Below the pieces are notes generated by a model that saw nothing but the letters and a program-made list of their open reading frames with translations, made no database searches and was not told the origin of the DNA. Below are positions 9,732 through 20,775 of a stretch of DNA of 64,000 bases, one piece after another; position 1 is the first letter of the stretch, and the number at the start of each line of letters is the position of its first letter. The stretch lies in the NCBI GenBank assembly GCA_963713825.1, contig CAVQNG010000014.1, forward strand, positions 64,001 to 128,000, read 5' to 3'. Source of the DNA: an uncultured Acidobacteriota bacterium (GTDB lineage Bacteria; Acidobacteriota; Thermoanaerobaculia; Multivoradales; JAHEKO01). The translations under genes were made by a program, and so were the position numbers.

Positions 9732-10684
9732 CGCGAGGCCCCCGAAATGCGTTCGCCACCGTCGACCCGGATGATCTCGCCATTGATCCAGCTGGCCTCT
9801 GGCAGGCAGAGCAGGTAGATGGCATTGGCGACATCTGCAGGAGTGGTCAGACGATGGAAGGGGTTGCGGAGGCGGGCCAGCGCCTTGAGGTGGGCGCTAC
9901 CCGGAATCATCCGCAGGGCATTCGTATCTGTGACGCCGGCTTGCACGATGTTGGAGCGAATTCCGTATGGCGCCATCTCGACTGCGATAGAGCGCGAGAC
10001 CGATTCGAGCGCGACCTTGGCCGCAGCCACGGCGGCGTAGCCCTTCCAGGCGACTTCGTTGCCTTCGCTTGTGAGGCCGAGTACTCGGGCATCGGAAGCA
10101 AATAGGCCCCGTTCGAGGATCTCCTGCGTCCAGCCGAGGAGGCTCGTGCCCATGGCGTGAACGGTGCGCGCCATGTCCTCTTCTTCCAGGAAGAGGTCGG
10201 CCGAGTACTGCGGTGGGGTGGTGAGGCCCTGGACGCCGTCGCATCCCTCCTCGAACAGGCGGTCGGCAGTCTCCCGCACGACGCTCTCTTCGATGCCGAG
10301 TGCCGCGGCGAGCTGGGCGCCGGCCGTATCGTTGGACGGCGCTTCGGGTCCGACGAGTTTCAGGTTGCCGAAAGCGATGGAGTGGAGGAGGACCCGGATC
10401 TTGCCGCTCGGTGCGAGGGCCTCGGTCAGTGTGTCCAAGATCTCACTGCGGACCTCGGAGTCGAGGGCATCCCGGTTGAAGGTCACCAGGGAGACACCCC
10501 GCTGGCGGAGGCGCTCGAATTCCGGTTCGATCTTGCGCATCGCTCCCCGACGATCCCGGTGCACGATGCAGAGGTTCAAGCCGTGTTCGGCCAGCTTGTG
10601 AGCGGTGGCCAGTCCAAAGCCGCTGGAACCGCCGAGGATCAGGGCCCATTCATCGGTGCTGAAGCGTGTCGCTGAGACGTTCAC
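9728..10684 (-). CDS. SDR enoyl-ACP reductase (FabL/FabI-like)
   Basis: LGGSSGFG, YAAVAAAK (YxxxxxxK), WINGEIIRVDGG. Confidence 0.85.
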   Translation of the reverse strand: MNVSATRFSTDEWALILGGSSGFGLATAHKLAEHGLNLCIVHRDRRGAMRKIEPEFERLRQRGVSLVTFNRDALDSEVRSEILDTLTEALAPSGKIRVLLHSIAFGNLKLVGPEAPSNDTAGAQLAAALGIEESVVRETADRLFEEGCDGVQGLTTPPQYSADLFLEEEDMARTVHAMGTSLLGWTQEILERGLFASDARVLGLTSEGNEVAWKGYAAVAAAKVALESVSRSIAVEMAPYGIRSNIVQAGVTDTNALRMIPGSAHLKALARLRNPFHRLTTPADVANAIYLLCLPEASWINGEIIRVDGGERISGASR

Positions 10685-11019
10685 TCGGGTTTCCTTCCCG
10701 GTGGAGTGCAGGCTGAGACCACCGTAGATGCATCGACCGCAAGCTCGATGCCCGACTTAGCTATCTCCTTTGATCTGGGGACAGAGAATACCAAAGGGAC
10801 CGGATCGAGGTGAAGCGAGAAGCCAACTACAGAACCGCCTCGAGTCGTGCCGAGCGAGCTCGCGGTTGATGGTCAGAGCCGTGTTCAGTGCGAATGACCG
10901 CTTATAGACTCATGGCTACTCATCAATTGGATTAGCTGCGCACGCCGCCTTATGATCGTTGGGTTGTTGGAACCATTGTGGTCGAGACTCTTGGGATGTG
11001 AACCGGAAGGAGGAGTTGC

Positions 11020-12228
11020 ATGTCGGGTGGAAGGTCGATTTATCTGATGGTGGGTTTAGTGTTGGTCATGCTGTTTTCGATCGTACCGGCTGAAGGGTCG
11101 GGTCGAGGGGCTGGAGACTTCGAGTCGTGGGAGTGGGACGTGATCAAGCCGAGTGATCGTTTCGATGGAAGCTGGTCGCCGCGGGCTGGGCTTCAGGTGG
11201 TCAAGCTGCGCAACACCTTTTACCTCATGGGCGGACGAACTCCGAAGCCACCCAGCTTCCCTCCAATTCCCGGCGATAGCATCATTTGGGGAGACGTTTG
11301 GAAGAGTCGTAATTTGGGACGTACCTGGGAGAGAATTCTCGACACCGACTCCCCAGGTCACTGGCCCGCTCGTGCCTACTTTCAGGTCGTGAAGAAAGGC
11401 GGGTGGATGTACGTGGTCGGAGGACAGAACTTCAAGGCCGGCCCGGTCGACTGCCCCGTAGACGTGCCGATTTGCTCCGACTTTTTCAGTGATGTCTGGC
11501 GCAGCAAGAACGGTGTCGACTGGGTCGAGCTGACCGACGATGCTGGCTGGGAGCCTCGTGCAGGTCTCAGCAGTATTGTCTTCCGAGGCGAGATCTATGT
11601 GATGGCTGGTTCTCAGAATGATGACGAGTCGATTGGTCCCGGCGGTCCGGCCAGGATCTACTTTGACGACGTCTGGAAGTCTCGCAATGGCAGGGATTGG
11701 GAGCTCGTGACCCAACATGCCCCGTGGGAAGCGCGAGCCGGCGCGGTCCTGGTAGAGAAGAACGGCTATATGTACTTGCTGGGGGGAGAGGAAGGATTCG
11801 TTTGCGATCCACTGCCGTTTTGCGAACCCCCGTACTTCAACGACGTATGGCGGTCGCGGAACGGTGCCGACTGGGAGCTGGTCACCGAGGCGGCTGGATG
11901 GTCTCCGCGACCCGGGCACCAGTGTGCCGTGGTGTTGAACAACTTCGTCTGCTTCGGCGGCTTTGGCCTTCTCGAGAATCCACAGGACGTCTGGGTCAGC
12001 AAGAACGGTGCGGACTGGCGGCAGGTCAATGACTCACCGTGGAACTCGACCTCGGCGGATGACATCAAGTACGACTTCGACGTCTTGGTGGTGCGGGGCG
12101 GCAAGCGAGGACAGCGCCCATCGATCTTCACCTTCGGCGGCGATCGGGAGACCTTCGATTTCACCGACCCCACCAACTTTCTGAGAGTCGACAACGACGT
12201 CTGGAGATACTCGCCGCCCAAGCACTAA
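11020..12228 (+). CDS. Secreted Kelch/BNR-like beta-propeller repeat protein
   Basis: Signal peptide; about 5-6 repeats of DVW(R/K)SxNGxDWxxVTxxAxWxxRxG...Y(L/V)xGG; GGAGG ribosome-binding site. Confidence 0.8.
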   Translation: MSGGRSIYLMVGLVLVMLFSIVPAEGSGRGAGDFESWEWDVIKPSDRFDGSWSPRAGLQVVKLRNTFYLMGGRTPKPPSFPPIPGDSIIWGDVWKSRNLGRTWERILDTDSPGHWPARAYFQVVKKGGWMYVVGGQNFKAGPVDCPVDVPICSDFFSDVWRSKNGVDWVELTDDAGWEPRAGLSSIVFRGEIYVMAGSQNDDESIGPGGPARIYFDDVWKSRNGRDWELVTQHAPWEARAGAVLVEKNGYMYLLGGEEGFVCDPLPFCEPPYFNDVWRSRNGADWELVTEAAGWSPRPGHQCAVVLNNFVCFGGFGLLENPQDVWVSKNGADWRQVNDSPWNSTSADDIKYDFDVLVVRGGKRGQRPSIFTFGGDRETFDFTDPTNFLRVDNDVWRYSPPKH

Positions 12229-12610
12229 CGAGGGACGAAGGTTCGACTTCACAGATTGTCGGATCGAGCTGCCTTGACGCTGCCCCGGCCAGCCGGATCA
12301 CTGGCTCGGGGCAGCCTTCGAGGGAGTTTCCAACAGGCCATCGAGAATGGCTTCCGCGGTGCTTTCCAGATAGGCGAGCTCTACGCTCGCTGCCCTGTTC
12401 ATCCCCCGGCCAGATTTCCTATCGAGTCACGGTTGGATCTGCCTTCCTCGGAGCATTCGCACGATATGCTGCCAGTATTGGGATGATTTGGACCAGGGAT
12501 CTGTGTGACCTCTGGGGCAGTTTCGCTCTATCAGGGGAGGATCCGGTCGGCTTGGACCGCGCCCTGAGATCCGCCAGAGCGCAGGTTTCAGCGGTGGGGA
12601 GGGGCTAACG

Positions 12611-13681
12611 ATGCGTCTGTCGAAGATGATCCAAGCGGTTGACACCCATGTTTGCGGTGAGCCCGGGAGGGTGATCGTCGGTGGGGTGCTGGATGTTCCC
12701 GGCTCGACGATGTTCGAGAAGATGCGGTATCTCGAAACCGAGGCTGACGACCTGCGGCTGAGGATGCTCCGGGAGCCGAGGGGCTATCCGGCGACCTGCT
12801 GCAATCTCATCCTGCCGCCGACCCATCCAGATGCGCACGCCGGTTACGTGATCATGGAACAGGTCGAGTACCCGGGGATGTCGGGCACAAACACGATCGC
12901 GGTGGCTACGGTGCTCATCGAGACGGGGATGGTGCCATCGCAAGAGCCAGTAACCGAGTTACTGCTCGAATCCCCAGCTGGCCTGATCGCGATTCGGGCA
13001 GACGTACGAGGGGGAAAAGTCGAGCGTGTGACTTTCGAGAATGTCCCGGCGTTCCCGGTCCAACTGGACGCCGAGGTCGAAGTGCCCCATATCGGCAAGG
13101 TGAATGTCGATGTAGCCTATGGCGGTATGTTCTACGTCATCGCGGATGCCGATCAGTTGGGACTGAGCTTGAGCGCCGCCGAAGGGGGGGAGGCCGCTCG
13201 GGTCGGAGAGATGATCAAGGCGGCGACCATCGAGCAGCTCGAAACGCCGGTCCATCCGGAGAACCCTGACATTCGGGGCGTGACGATCAGTCAATTGTCG
13301 GCTCCATCGACCAACCCGATCGCCGACCGCAAGAACACGGTGATCGTCTCCTCGGGCGAGCTGGATTGGAGTCGGCCCAGCACCTGGACAGGTGTCCTCG
13401 ACCGTTCCCCCTGCGGCACCGGCACATCGGCCAAGATGGCCTGTCTGTGGGCCAAAGGCCATCTACCGCTCGATCAGGACTTCGTGCACGAGGGAATCTT
13501 GGGTACGACCTTCACTGGCAGGCTGGTGCGAGAGACAAAGGTCGGCAATATCGAGGCCGTTGTGCCAACGATCTCTGGCACTGCGTGGATCACGGGGTTC
13601 GCCCAGTACGTGGTCGATCCCGACGACCCCTTTCCCAATGGGTTTACCGTAGGTGACATCTGGGGCGGACAGGAGGAGTAA
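12611..13681 (+). CDS. Proline racemase superfamily enzyme (Ser/Cys active-site type)
   Basis: DTHVCGEPGR, EPRG, PGMSGTN (Ser where MCGH has Cys), DRSPCGTGTSA. Confidence 0.92.
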   Translation: MRLSKMIQAVDTHVCGEPGRVIVGGVLDVPGSTMFEKMRYLETEADDLRLRMLREPRGYPATCCNLILPPTHPDAHAGYVIMEQVEYPGMSGTNTIAVATVLIETGMVPSQEPVTELLLESPAGLIAIRADVRGGKVERVTFENVPAFPVQLDAEVEVPHIGKVNVDVAYGGMFYVIADADQLGLSLSAAEGGEAARVGEMIKAATIEQLETPVHPENPDIRGVTISQLSAPSTNPIADRKNTVIVSSGELDWSRPSTWTGVLDRSPCGTGTSAKMACLWAKGHLPLDQDFVHEGILGTTFTGRLVRETKVGNIEAVVPTISGTAWITGFAQYVVDPDDPFPNGFTVGDIWGGQEE

Positions 13682-13685
13682 GGGA

Positions 13686-14654
13686 ATGGTACAGATCATC
13701 CCTCTTGAAGTCATTGAACGCGTTCTGAAACGGATCGATGTCGTCGGGCTGATGGAGGAGGGCTTTGTCGCCTATTCTGAAGGGCGGGCGATGGTGCCGC
13801 CCGTCGGCGAGCTGATCTTCGAAGATCCACCGGGCGAAACCCACATCAAGTATGGCTACATCCGGGGCGGAGATCACTATGTCATCAAGATCGCCTCGGG
13901 TTTCTATGGGAATTCCGAGATCGGCTTGCCGTCGGGCAGCGGCTTGATGCTCCTTCTCAGCCAGAAGACAGGCTTCCTCGAAGCGGTCTTGCTCGACGAG
14001 GGCCGTCTCACCGATGTGCGGACCGCTGCGGCTGGTGCCGTGGCCGCTAAGCACCTGGCGCCGAGTGAGGTTCGGCGCATCGGAATTCTGGGTGGAGGAG
14101 TGCAGGCTCGACTCCAGTTGGAGCTCATGCTGCCGTTCATCTCGTGTCGGCAGGTCCTGGTTTGGATGCGCGATCCCGCCGAGGCCGAGCCCTACCTGCA
14201 GTACTTCGCAGACTCGGATGCGGAGATCGAGATTGCAGGTAGTGCCGAGGAGGTCGCCGATGGCTGCAATCTGATCGTAACTGCGACTCCCTCCAAGACA
14301 CCATTGCTTTCGGCGGCGAGCATCCAAGCCGGGACTCATATCACCGCCATTGGCTCGGATACGGTCGACAAGATCGAGTTGGCTCCGGAAATCCTCGGCA
14401 ATGCGGACCTGGTTGTGGTCGACAGTCTCTCTCAGTCGGAAGCTCGGGGCGAGGTCTTTCGAGCTGTGGATGCGGGAGCACTGAGTCGCGAGACCGTTGT
14501 CGAGTTGGGTGCCGTCGTCGCGGGCCACGCTACGGGCCGAGTCGATGACAGCCAGGTGACCGTTTGCGACCTGACCGGAGTCGCCGTGCAGGACCTGATG
14601 ATTGCCCAGGGCGTGAAAGACGGGGCCGACCCGGAATCAAGTCACGAGTTCTGA
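13686..14654 (+). CDS. Ornithine cyclodeaminase/mu-crystallin family (possible pyrroline-2-carboxylate reductase)
   Basis: LTDVRTAAAGA, GGGVQA, DLTGVAVQD; ATG at 13686. Confidence 0.9.
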   Translation: MVQIIPLEVIERVLKRIDVVGLMEEGFVAYSEGRAMVPPVGELIFEDPPGETHIKYGYIRGGDHYVIKIASGFYGNSEIGLPSGSGLMLLLSQKTGFLEAVLLDEGRLTDVRTAAAGAVAAKHLAPSEVRRIGILGGGVQARLQLELMLPFISCRQVLVWMRDPAEAEPYLQYFADSDAEIEIAGSAEEVADGCNLIVTATPSKTPLLSAASIQAGTHITAIGSDTVDKIELAPEILGNADLVVVDSLSQSEARGEVFRAVDAGALSRETVVELGAVVAGHATGRVDDSQVTVCDLTGVAVQDLMIAQGVKDGADPESSHEF

Positions 14655-14726
14655 ACAAGAGCTCCGTATTCGGATTTGGCTCGTTTCGTGTCTGTGGCTG
14701 AAGTGAATCTGTAACGGAAGACGGCA

Positions 14727-16734
14727 ATGAACCGGAAGCGCCTCCTGAACACGCTTGTGGCCTGCGGCATCTTCGGACTCGTGTCGCACTCTTCGATCGC
14801 AGCGCAGGCGAAGCGGGCGATGACCGTCGACGACATGCTCGACATGGTTCGCGTTGACGACGTCCTGATGACGCCGGATGGTTCGAGAGTCTTCTTCACC
14901 GAACGCCGACTGAACTGGGAGACGAACAAGTACGAGAAGACTCTATTCGCGATCTCTTCTCGCGGTGGCGAGGCCGTGCCGTTCGTGCGAAAGGACGGCG
15001 GGGAGAGCTACCGGATCTCTCCCGACGGGAAGTTCCTATCTCTCTTGCGAGAGGTCGAGGACAAGCCCCAGATCTTCCTGATGTCTCTGGAGGGCGGTGA
15101 GCCCTGGCAGTTGACTGAACACCAGGGCAAGATCACCGACTATCGATGGTCCGGCGATAGCAGGAGCCTCGTTTTCGTTTCCGAGCAGGCCATGTCCGAA
15201 GAAGAGGAGAAAGAGTTCAAGCTGGGCAACGACCCCATCTATGTCAATGAGGGGCCCAGCGGCAAGAATCACGGCAGGTGGACCCATCTCTGGCGGGTCG
15301 ATCTTCAAGCCAAGGCCGAGATCCCGATCCTCGAAGAGGACCGCCTGATCGACGGCTTCGATGTGTCGCCGGACGGCTCGAGAGTGGTCTTCTCTGCCCG
15401 GCCTGACAATCGCGGCAACTTCCCGTTTACTTCGGAGCTCTATGTTGTCGATACAGAAGGTGGTGATCCGATCAAGGTCACCGACAACCAGGATCTCGAG
15501 TTCGATCCGCTCTGGTCCCCCGATGGGAAGACCTTCGTCTTTCATGCCAGCAGCGGCAAGGGCTTCGATCTCAGGAACGGGTATCTCTGGATTCTGAATC
15601 CAGACACTGGGGCGCTCCGAAGGCTCGAAGCGCATCACATCGGCGAGATCGATCATCTGGTGTGGAGCGCTGATGGCAAGAGCCTGCTCTTCAATGAGGT
15701 ACATGGCACCGACACCAACCTGTACAGGCTCGACATTGCCTCCGATGCGTTGGTGGCCCTGACGAGCCAGTCCGGGACCTTTCGCGCTCTCGCTTACTCG
15801 ACAGGACAGAAGTGCGATTGCCTACTCCTTCAACGATTTCGATACACCGACGGACCTCTATGCATCGGCTCTCGACGGATCTGGAGCCATCCGACTTACC
15901 GACGCCAACCCGTGGATCGAAGAAGACATTCTCCTTCCCAAGAGTCGAATTCTCCAGTGGAAGAGCTCGGACGGCACGAGCATCGAGGGCATCTTCATGC
16001 TTCCCTCTGACTACCGTGAAGGAGCGCAGGTGCCCCTGGTCTTGCAGATTCACGGCGGACCCAGTGGCTATTGGGCCAACGCCTTCGAACCGGACCTGAT
16101 CGTCTACACGGGTCTCGGCTATGCGGTGCTGGGACCCAATGTCCGGGGTTCCAGTGGGTACGGTGATGATCTGCTCAGGGGGCTGATGGGTGATGTCGGC
16201 GGGGGCGAGTATCAGGACCTGATGTCGGGAGTCGACCAAGTCATCGAGGCCGGCTATATCGACCCCGAGAAGATGGGAGTCGCTGGTTGGAGCTGGGGCG
16301 GCGTGCTGGCTGGCTGGGTGATCACCCAGACCGACCGATTCAAGGCGGCTTCCGTCGGTGCAGGGGTGAGCAATTGGATCGCGGAAAGCGGCCCGGGCTA
16401 CAACTGGGACATCTCCCATTGGCACGTCGGTGGAAAGCACTGGACCAACCGAGACGAGTGGCGCCGCCGCTCGGCCATCAACTTCGTGGAGAACGTCCAG
16501 ACGCCAACCCTGTTCTTGCACGGGGAGAAAGACCAGACGAGCAGTACCAACCAGAGTATGGTCTACTTCGACGCTCTACAGGAGCGCGGCATCCCGACCC
16601 GATTCATCAAGTTCCCTCGGCAGGAGCACGGAATCCGCGAGCCACGACTCCTCAGGGTCCGCATCGTCGAAGAGATTCGATGGATGGAGAAGTACGTGCG
16701 CGGCGTTGACTGGTCGCCGTGGACTCGAGACTAG
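14727..16734 (+). CDS. Secreted S9 (prolyl oligopeptidase family) peptidase, frameshifted near 15801
   Basis: Signal peptide and PD40-like propeller (ORF 14727) continue after a +1 shift into IHGGP, NVRGSSGYG, GWSWGG, HGEKD, EHG. Confidence 0.88.
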
Positions 16735-16753
16735 GGTGACAGGAGCGAAGAGA

Positions 16754-17683
16754 ATGCAATTCGAAGGCATCTACACACCGGTGATCACGCCGATGGGGCC
16801 CGATCGGGAGATCGATGAGAAGGGGTGGGTCGAGGTGATCGAGCACCTTGTGGGGCAGGGGATGCATGGGTTGGTGCTGGGCGGTACGACTGGCGAGAAC
16901 TACGCGCTGACGACCAAGGAGCGTATCCGCCAATTTCAGTACGGCAACGAGGTGATTGCCGGGCGGGTGCCGTGGGTTGCCGGCGTCAACGACATCCGGA
17001 CCGAGGATGTCAGTGACTATGCGGTCGCTGCCCGAGAAGCCGGGGCCGCGGCGATCCTGCTGGCAGTGCCACCGTACTCGATACCCAACGACAAGGAGCT
17101 GGCACAGCATGCGTTGGCCGTTGACAAGGCCTGCGGCCTGCCGGTGATGTTGTACAACTACCCGGGACGATCGGGGACAGGGTTCGGGCGTGAGTTTCTC
17201 GAGAGGGTGAGTCGGAACAGTAACTTCACGGCGATCAAGGAGAGCAGCGGTGACCTCGACCGCATCCATATGATTGCCCGGGAGTTCCCCCATCTGCAGC
17301 TGAGCTGCGGCGCGGACGATCAAGCCCTGGAGTTCTTTGTCTGGGGAGCGCGCTCATGGGTCTGTGCTGCGGGGAACTTCCTTGGTGCCGAGTGCATCGC
17401 CCTCTATGAAACCTGCGTGCTGCAAGAGGACTTCGCCAAGGGACGCCGGATCATGAAGGCTCTGCTGCCGGTCATGACGGTGCTGGAGCGGGGCGGGAAG
17501 TTCGCACAATGCGTGAAGTATGGATGCGAAATGGATGGGCTGCCGGCGGGAACCGTGCGTTTGCCCCTGCGGCCGATGAAGAAGGAACTGAAACGTCAGA
17601 TGCGAGATGCGGTGTTGACGGCGCGGAAGACGATCAAGGGGATCTTGGCAGCATCGCCGGAGCCTGCAGCGCCAGCGAGCTGA
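16754..17683 (+). CDS. Dihydrodipicolinate synthase-family lyase/deaminase
   Basis: GGTTGENY, LYNYPGR, IKESSGD; AGGAG upstream of ATG 16754. Confidence 0.92.
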   Translation: MQFEGIYTPVITPMGPDREIDEKGWVEVIEHLVGQGMHGLVLGGTTGENYALTTKERIRQFQYGNEVIAGRVPWVAGVNDIRTEDVSDYAVAAREAGAAAILLAVPPYSIPNDKELAQHALAVDKACGLPVMLYNYPGRSGTGFGREFLERVSRNSNFTAIKESSGDLDRIHMIAREFPHLQLSCGADDQALEFFVWGARSWVCAAGNFLGAECIALYETCVLQEDFAKGRRIMKALLPVMTVLERGGKFAQCVKYGCEMDGLPAGTVRLPLRPMKKELKRQMRDAVLTARKTIKGILAASPEPAAPAS

Positions 17684-17743
17684 GCCACCGAGAGGAATGA
17701 GGATCTCCCAGCCTGACGGGATCACACGGATAGGAGTTTTGGT

Positions 17744-19271
17744 ATGACGGATGTTCTGACGCGAGAAGAGTACGTTGGGGTCGCGAAGGCCATGACGTAT
17801 CCCGCCAGCTCGTGGATCAATGGGAAGTTCACGACCGCGAAGTCGGGGGAGACCTACGAATCGACGAACCCTGCCACCGGTGAAGTTCTGGCCAAGATCG
17901 CCTCTTGTGGGCGAAGAGGAGGTGGACTACGCGGTGAAGAAGGCACGACAGGCCTTCGATGCGGGAGTGTGGTCGCGGCTGCATCCGTCCGAGCGCAAAG
18001 ACATCATGATCCAGTGGGTCAAGCGCCTGAAGCGAGAGCGTTACGAGCTGACGGTTCTGGAGAGTCTCGAGAGCGGCAAGCCGGTCCGCGACATCGCCGA
18101 GATCGACCTCGAGGAGACGATCCACTGCCTGGCCTGGTATGCGGAGGCGGCCGACAAGCTGTTCGGCAAGATGACGCCATCGGGTGATGACGCCATGGGC
18201 CTGGTTGTACGAGAGCCGGTTGGCGTCGTGGGCTGCGTTCTGCCGTGGAATTTCCCGATGCTGATGTTCGCGTGGAAGGTCGGTCCAGCGCTGGCGGCGG
18301 GAAATAGCGTCATCGTCAAGGCCGCAAAGGAAACGAGCATGACGGCGGTGCGCCTGGCGGAACTGGCGAGTGAAGCGGGTGTTCCGGATGGCGTATTGAA
18401 CGTCGTGACCGGGCCCGGATCGAGGGTGGGGAAGGCGATTGGTACTCACGACGGAATCGACGCGGTTTCCTTCACGGGCTCGACCGAAATCGGTCGAGAG
18501 TTCTTGAAATACTCTGCAAACAGCAATCTAAAGAAGGTCACTCTCGAGCTCGGAGGCAAGAACCCGGCGGTGGTGCTGTCGGATGCCGAACACCTGGATG
18601 CGGTGGCCGAGCACGTGGTGAATGCCTGCTTCTGGAACATGGGGCAGAACTGCACCTCCAACAGTCGGCTCATCGTGCACAAGGACGTGAAGGAGGATCT
18701 GGTCGAGCGGATTCTCATCAAGGTTCGCGAATGGCGCACGGGTGATCCGCTGGAGCCGTCGAATCGGTTCGGCTCGATGGTGTCGAAAGAGCACTTCGAC
18801 AAAGTCATGGGCTACATCGAGACCGGGAAGAAGGAGGGCGCGACCCTTCTGCTCGGGGGCGAGCCGATGGAGGAGGGAAGTGGCCTCTTCATTCCACCGA
18901 CGATCTTCGACGACGTGACGCCCGAGATGACCATCTACAAGGAGGAGATCTTCGGGCCGGTTCTGGCCATCACGACCGCCGGCAGCGACGACGAGGCGCT
19001 GCTGCTCGGCAACGACACCTGCTACGGACTTCAGGCGTCGCTCTTCAGTGGGGGGCTGCGGAATGCCCTGCGTGGGGCCCGAGAGCTCAAGGCCGGCACC
19101 GTCTCGGTGAACAGCTACACCGAAGGCGACATCACGACACCCTTCGGCGGCATGAAGCTGTCTGGCTTCGGCGGCCGCGACAACGGGCTCGAGGCCTTCG
19201 ACCAATACCTCGAAACGAAGACGATCTGGCTCGACCTGAGCGACTACGAGGTCGACGCCGAGCTGGACTGA
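17744..19271 (+). CDS. NAD-dependent aldehyde dehydrogenase, frameshifted near 17910
   Basis: NPATGEVLA, PWNFP, FTGSTEIG, LELGGKNP, GQNC, EEIFGPV; extra G in GGG at 17909-17911. Confidence 0.92.
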
Positions 19272-19275
19272 CCCC

Positions 19276-19972
19276 TCAACCCTCCTTCCAGGGATTGGTC
19301 GCAAAGACGGCGAACTCGGGCCATAGAGCCCGGCGCTCGGCCGAGATCGCGGAGAGAATCGCGTCGGCGATATCGGAGGCGTAGAGCTTGTTGGGATTGT
19401 TGCGACCGACCTTGCCACCCCAGGCGGTCTGGACCTCGGAAGGGCACACGCAGATAACGCGGATGTCGTGCGGGCGTAGCTCAGCCTGCCAGCACTGACT
19501 CAACTCCTCGCACGGCCCACTTGCTTGCCGAGTAGGCGGTGCCGTGGGCGTGGCCCTTGATCCCCGAGGTCGAGGCGATGTTGACGATGTCGCCGCTGCC
19601 CTGCGCTTTCATCATGGGAACAACGCGGTTGGTCAAGTCGACCATTCCGAAAACGTTGGTGTTGAACAGGGCCTTCATGGCGTCCATGTCGACCTCGCCG
19701 ATCTCAGCCATGTAGCCGTAGCCGGCATTGTTGACCAACACGTCGATGCCGCCCATTCGCTCCTGACAAGCCTCGACTGTACGAGCGTTGTCCTCGGCGA
19801 TAGAGACATCAGCCTGCACTCCGTGTGCTCCCGTCTCCGCGGCCACCTGTTCGATCAACTCTTCATTGCGCCCGGTGAAGACGACTTCGCCACCGCTCTT
19901 TCGGGCCGCTTCGACAATCGCGGCTCCGATCCCCTGACTGCCGCCGGTAATCAAGTATCGTGTCCCTGCCAT
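19276..19972 (-). CDS. SDR-family oxidoreductase, frameshifted near 19504
   Basis: TGGSQGIG, NNAG, YSASK; continues in another frame as SQCWQAELRPHDIRV. Confidence 0.88.
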
Positions 19973-20023
19973 GAGGTTTCTCCTTTGTTGATGAGGGCCG
20001 ATCTTACAGCGTCGCGATCGGCA

Positions 20024-20422
20024 CTAGGCCAACTCGATGGGGCAGACCTGGCTCATGCGCTCGAAGTCGCGATCCGTGGTGAGCAACTGACAATCGTTCT
20101 CGATCGCGCTCGCTGCGATGTGACAGTCGATGGTAGAGGCACCCAGGCCATGATCTCGACATTGCCGATAGAGTCGCGCAGCTACCCGGCAGAGGCTGGA
20201 TTCGACGGGGAGGAGTGGAAAAGGCTCGAAGTAATCGGCGATCTGGGAAGCCACCTTCTCACTTCGGAAAGCCTGCAGAATCTCCTGCAGGATCAAGGCT
20301 GTCAGAAACAGGTCCTCCCCGGTGTCCAGATAGCGACGCAGCTTCCTCACCGCTGGATGTTCGGCCGGACCGCCGCGGCGCAGAGCCAGCGACCATACCG
20401 AGGTATCGACGAGAATCCTCAC
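20024..20422 (-). CDS. vapC: PIN-domain (VapC-type) toxin
   Basis: ILVDTSVW...STIDCHIAA...LLTTDRDF; GTG start overlaps the antitoxin stop. Confidence 0.9.
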   Translation of the reverse strand: MRILVDTSVWSLALRRGGPAEHPAVRKLRRYLDTGEDLFLTALILQEILQAFRSEKVASQIADYFEPFPLLPVESSLCRVAARLYRQCRDHGLGASTIDCHIAASAIENDCQLLTTDRDFERMSQVCPIELA

Positions 20423-20619
20423 CGTCTCTGCCGCTCCTTCTTGTGGTCGTACTCGGCATCCCAATCGACCCGGCCGAAGAGGCTGACGATTTCACGGCGC
20501 TTGCGCCGCGCTACGTACTCTTCCAGCGCCTCGTTGACGGCCTGCCTCTTGGTGCGGTGGCCCCCGAGTCTGCGGGCTTCATCGATCAGTTCGTCGTCGA
20601 GGGCGAGATTGGTGGGCAT
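20419..20619 (-). CDS. vapB: VapB-family antitoxin
   Basis: MPTNLALDDELIDEARRLGGHRTKRQAVNEALEEYV. Confidence 0.9.
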   Translation of the reverse strand: MPTNLALDDELIDEARRLGGHRTKRQAVNEALEEYVARRKRREIVSLFGRVDWDAEYDHKKERQRR

Positions 20620-20633
20620 GTGGGTGGCTCCTT

Positions 20634-20665
20634 TTACACATTAACTTACACATAATATCACACAA
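20634..20665. promoter_or_regulatory. Three TYACACA direct repeats with 12-bp period upstream of vapB (probable operator/promoter)
   Basis: TTACACA at 20634, TTACACA at 20646, TCACACA at 20658, in an AT-rich patch. Confidence 0.55.
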
Positions 20666-20775
20666 CATCTCGGCTCGCACTGAGCTGCTGAGGTGGCAGC
20701 TACAGGAAAAGACGAACTCTGCGGTTGGATACTTGTGGCGAGAGCTCAGGCTGAAGGCTCGAGGCGAGTCGCCGG

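Noticed and set aside
14727-19972. Frameshifts in the S9 peptidase (about 15801), ALDH (about 17910) and SDR (about 19504), plus the MFP tail (about 42001), as programmed frameshifting or pseudogenisation
   Set aside because: Each is a single extra base in an otherwise intact gene with no slippery heptamer. Long-read indel error is the simplest explanation; read-level checking is needed.
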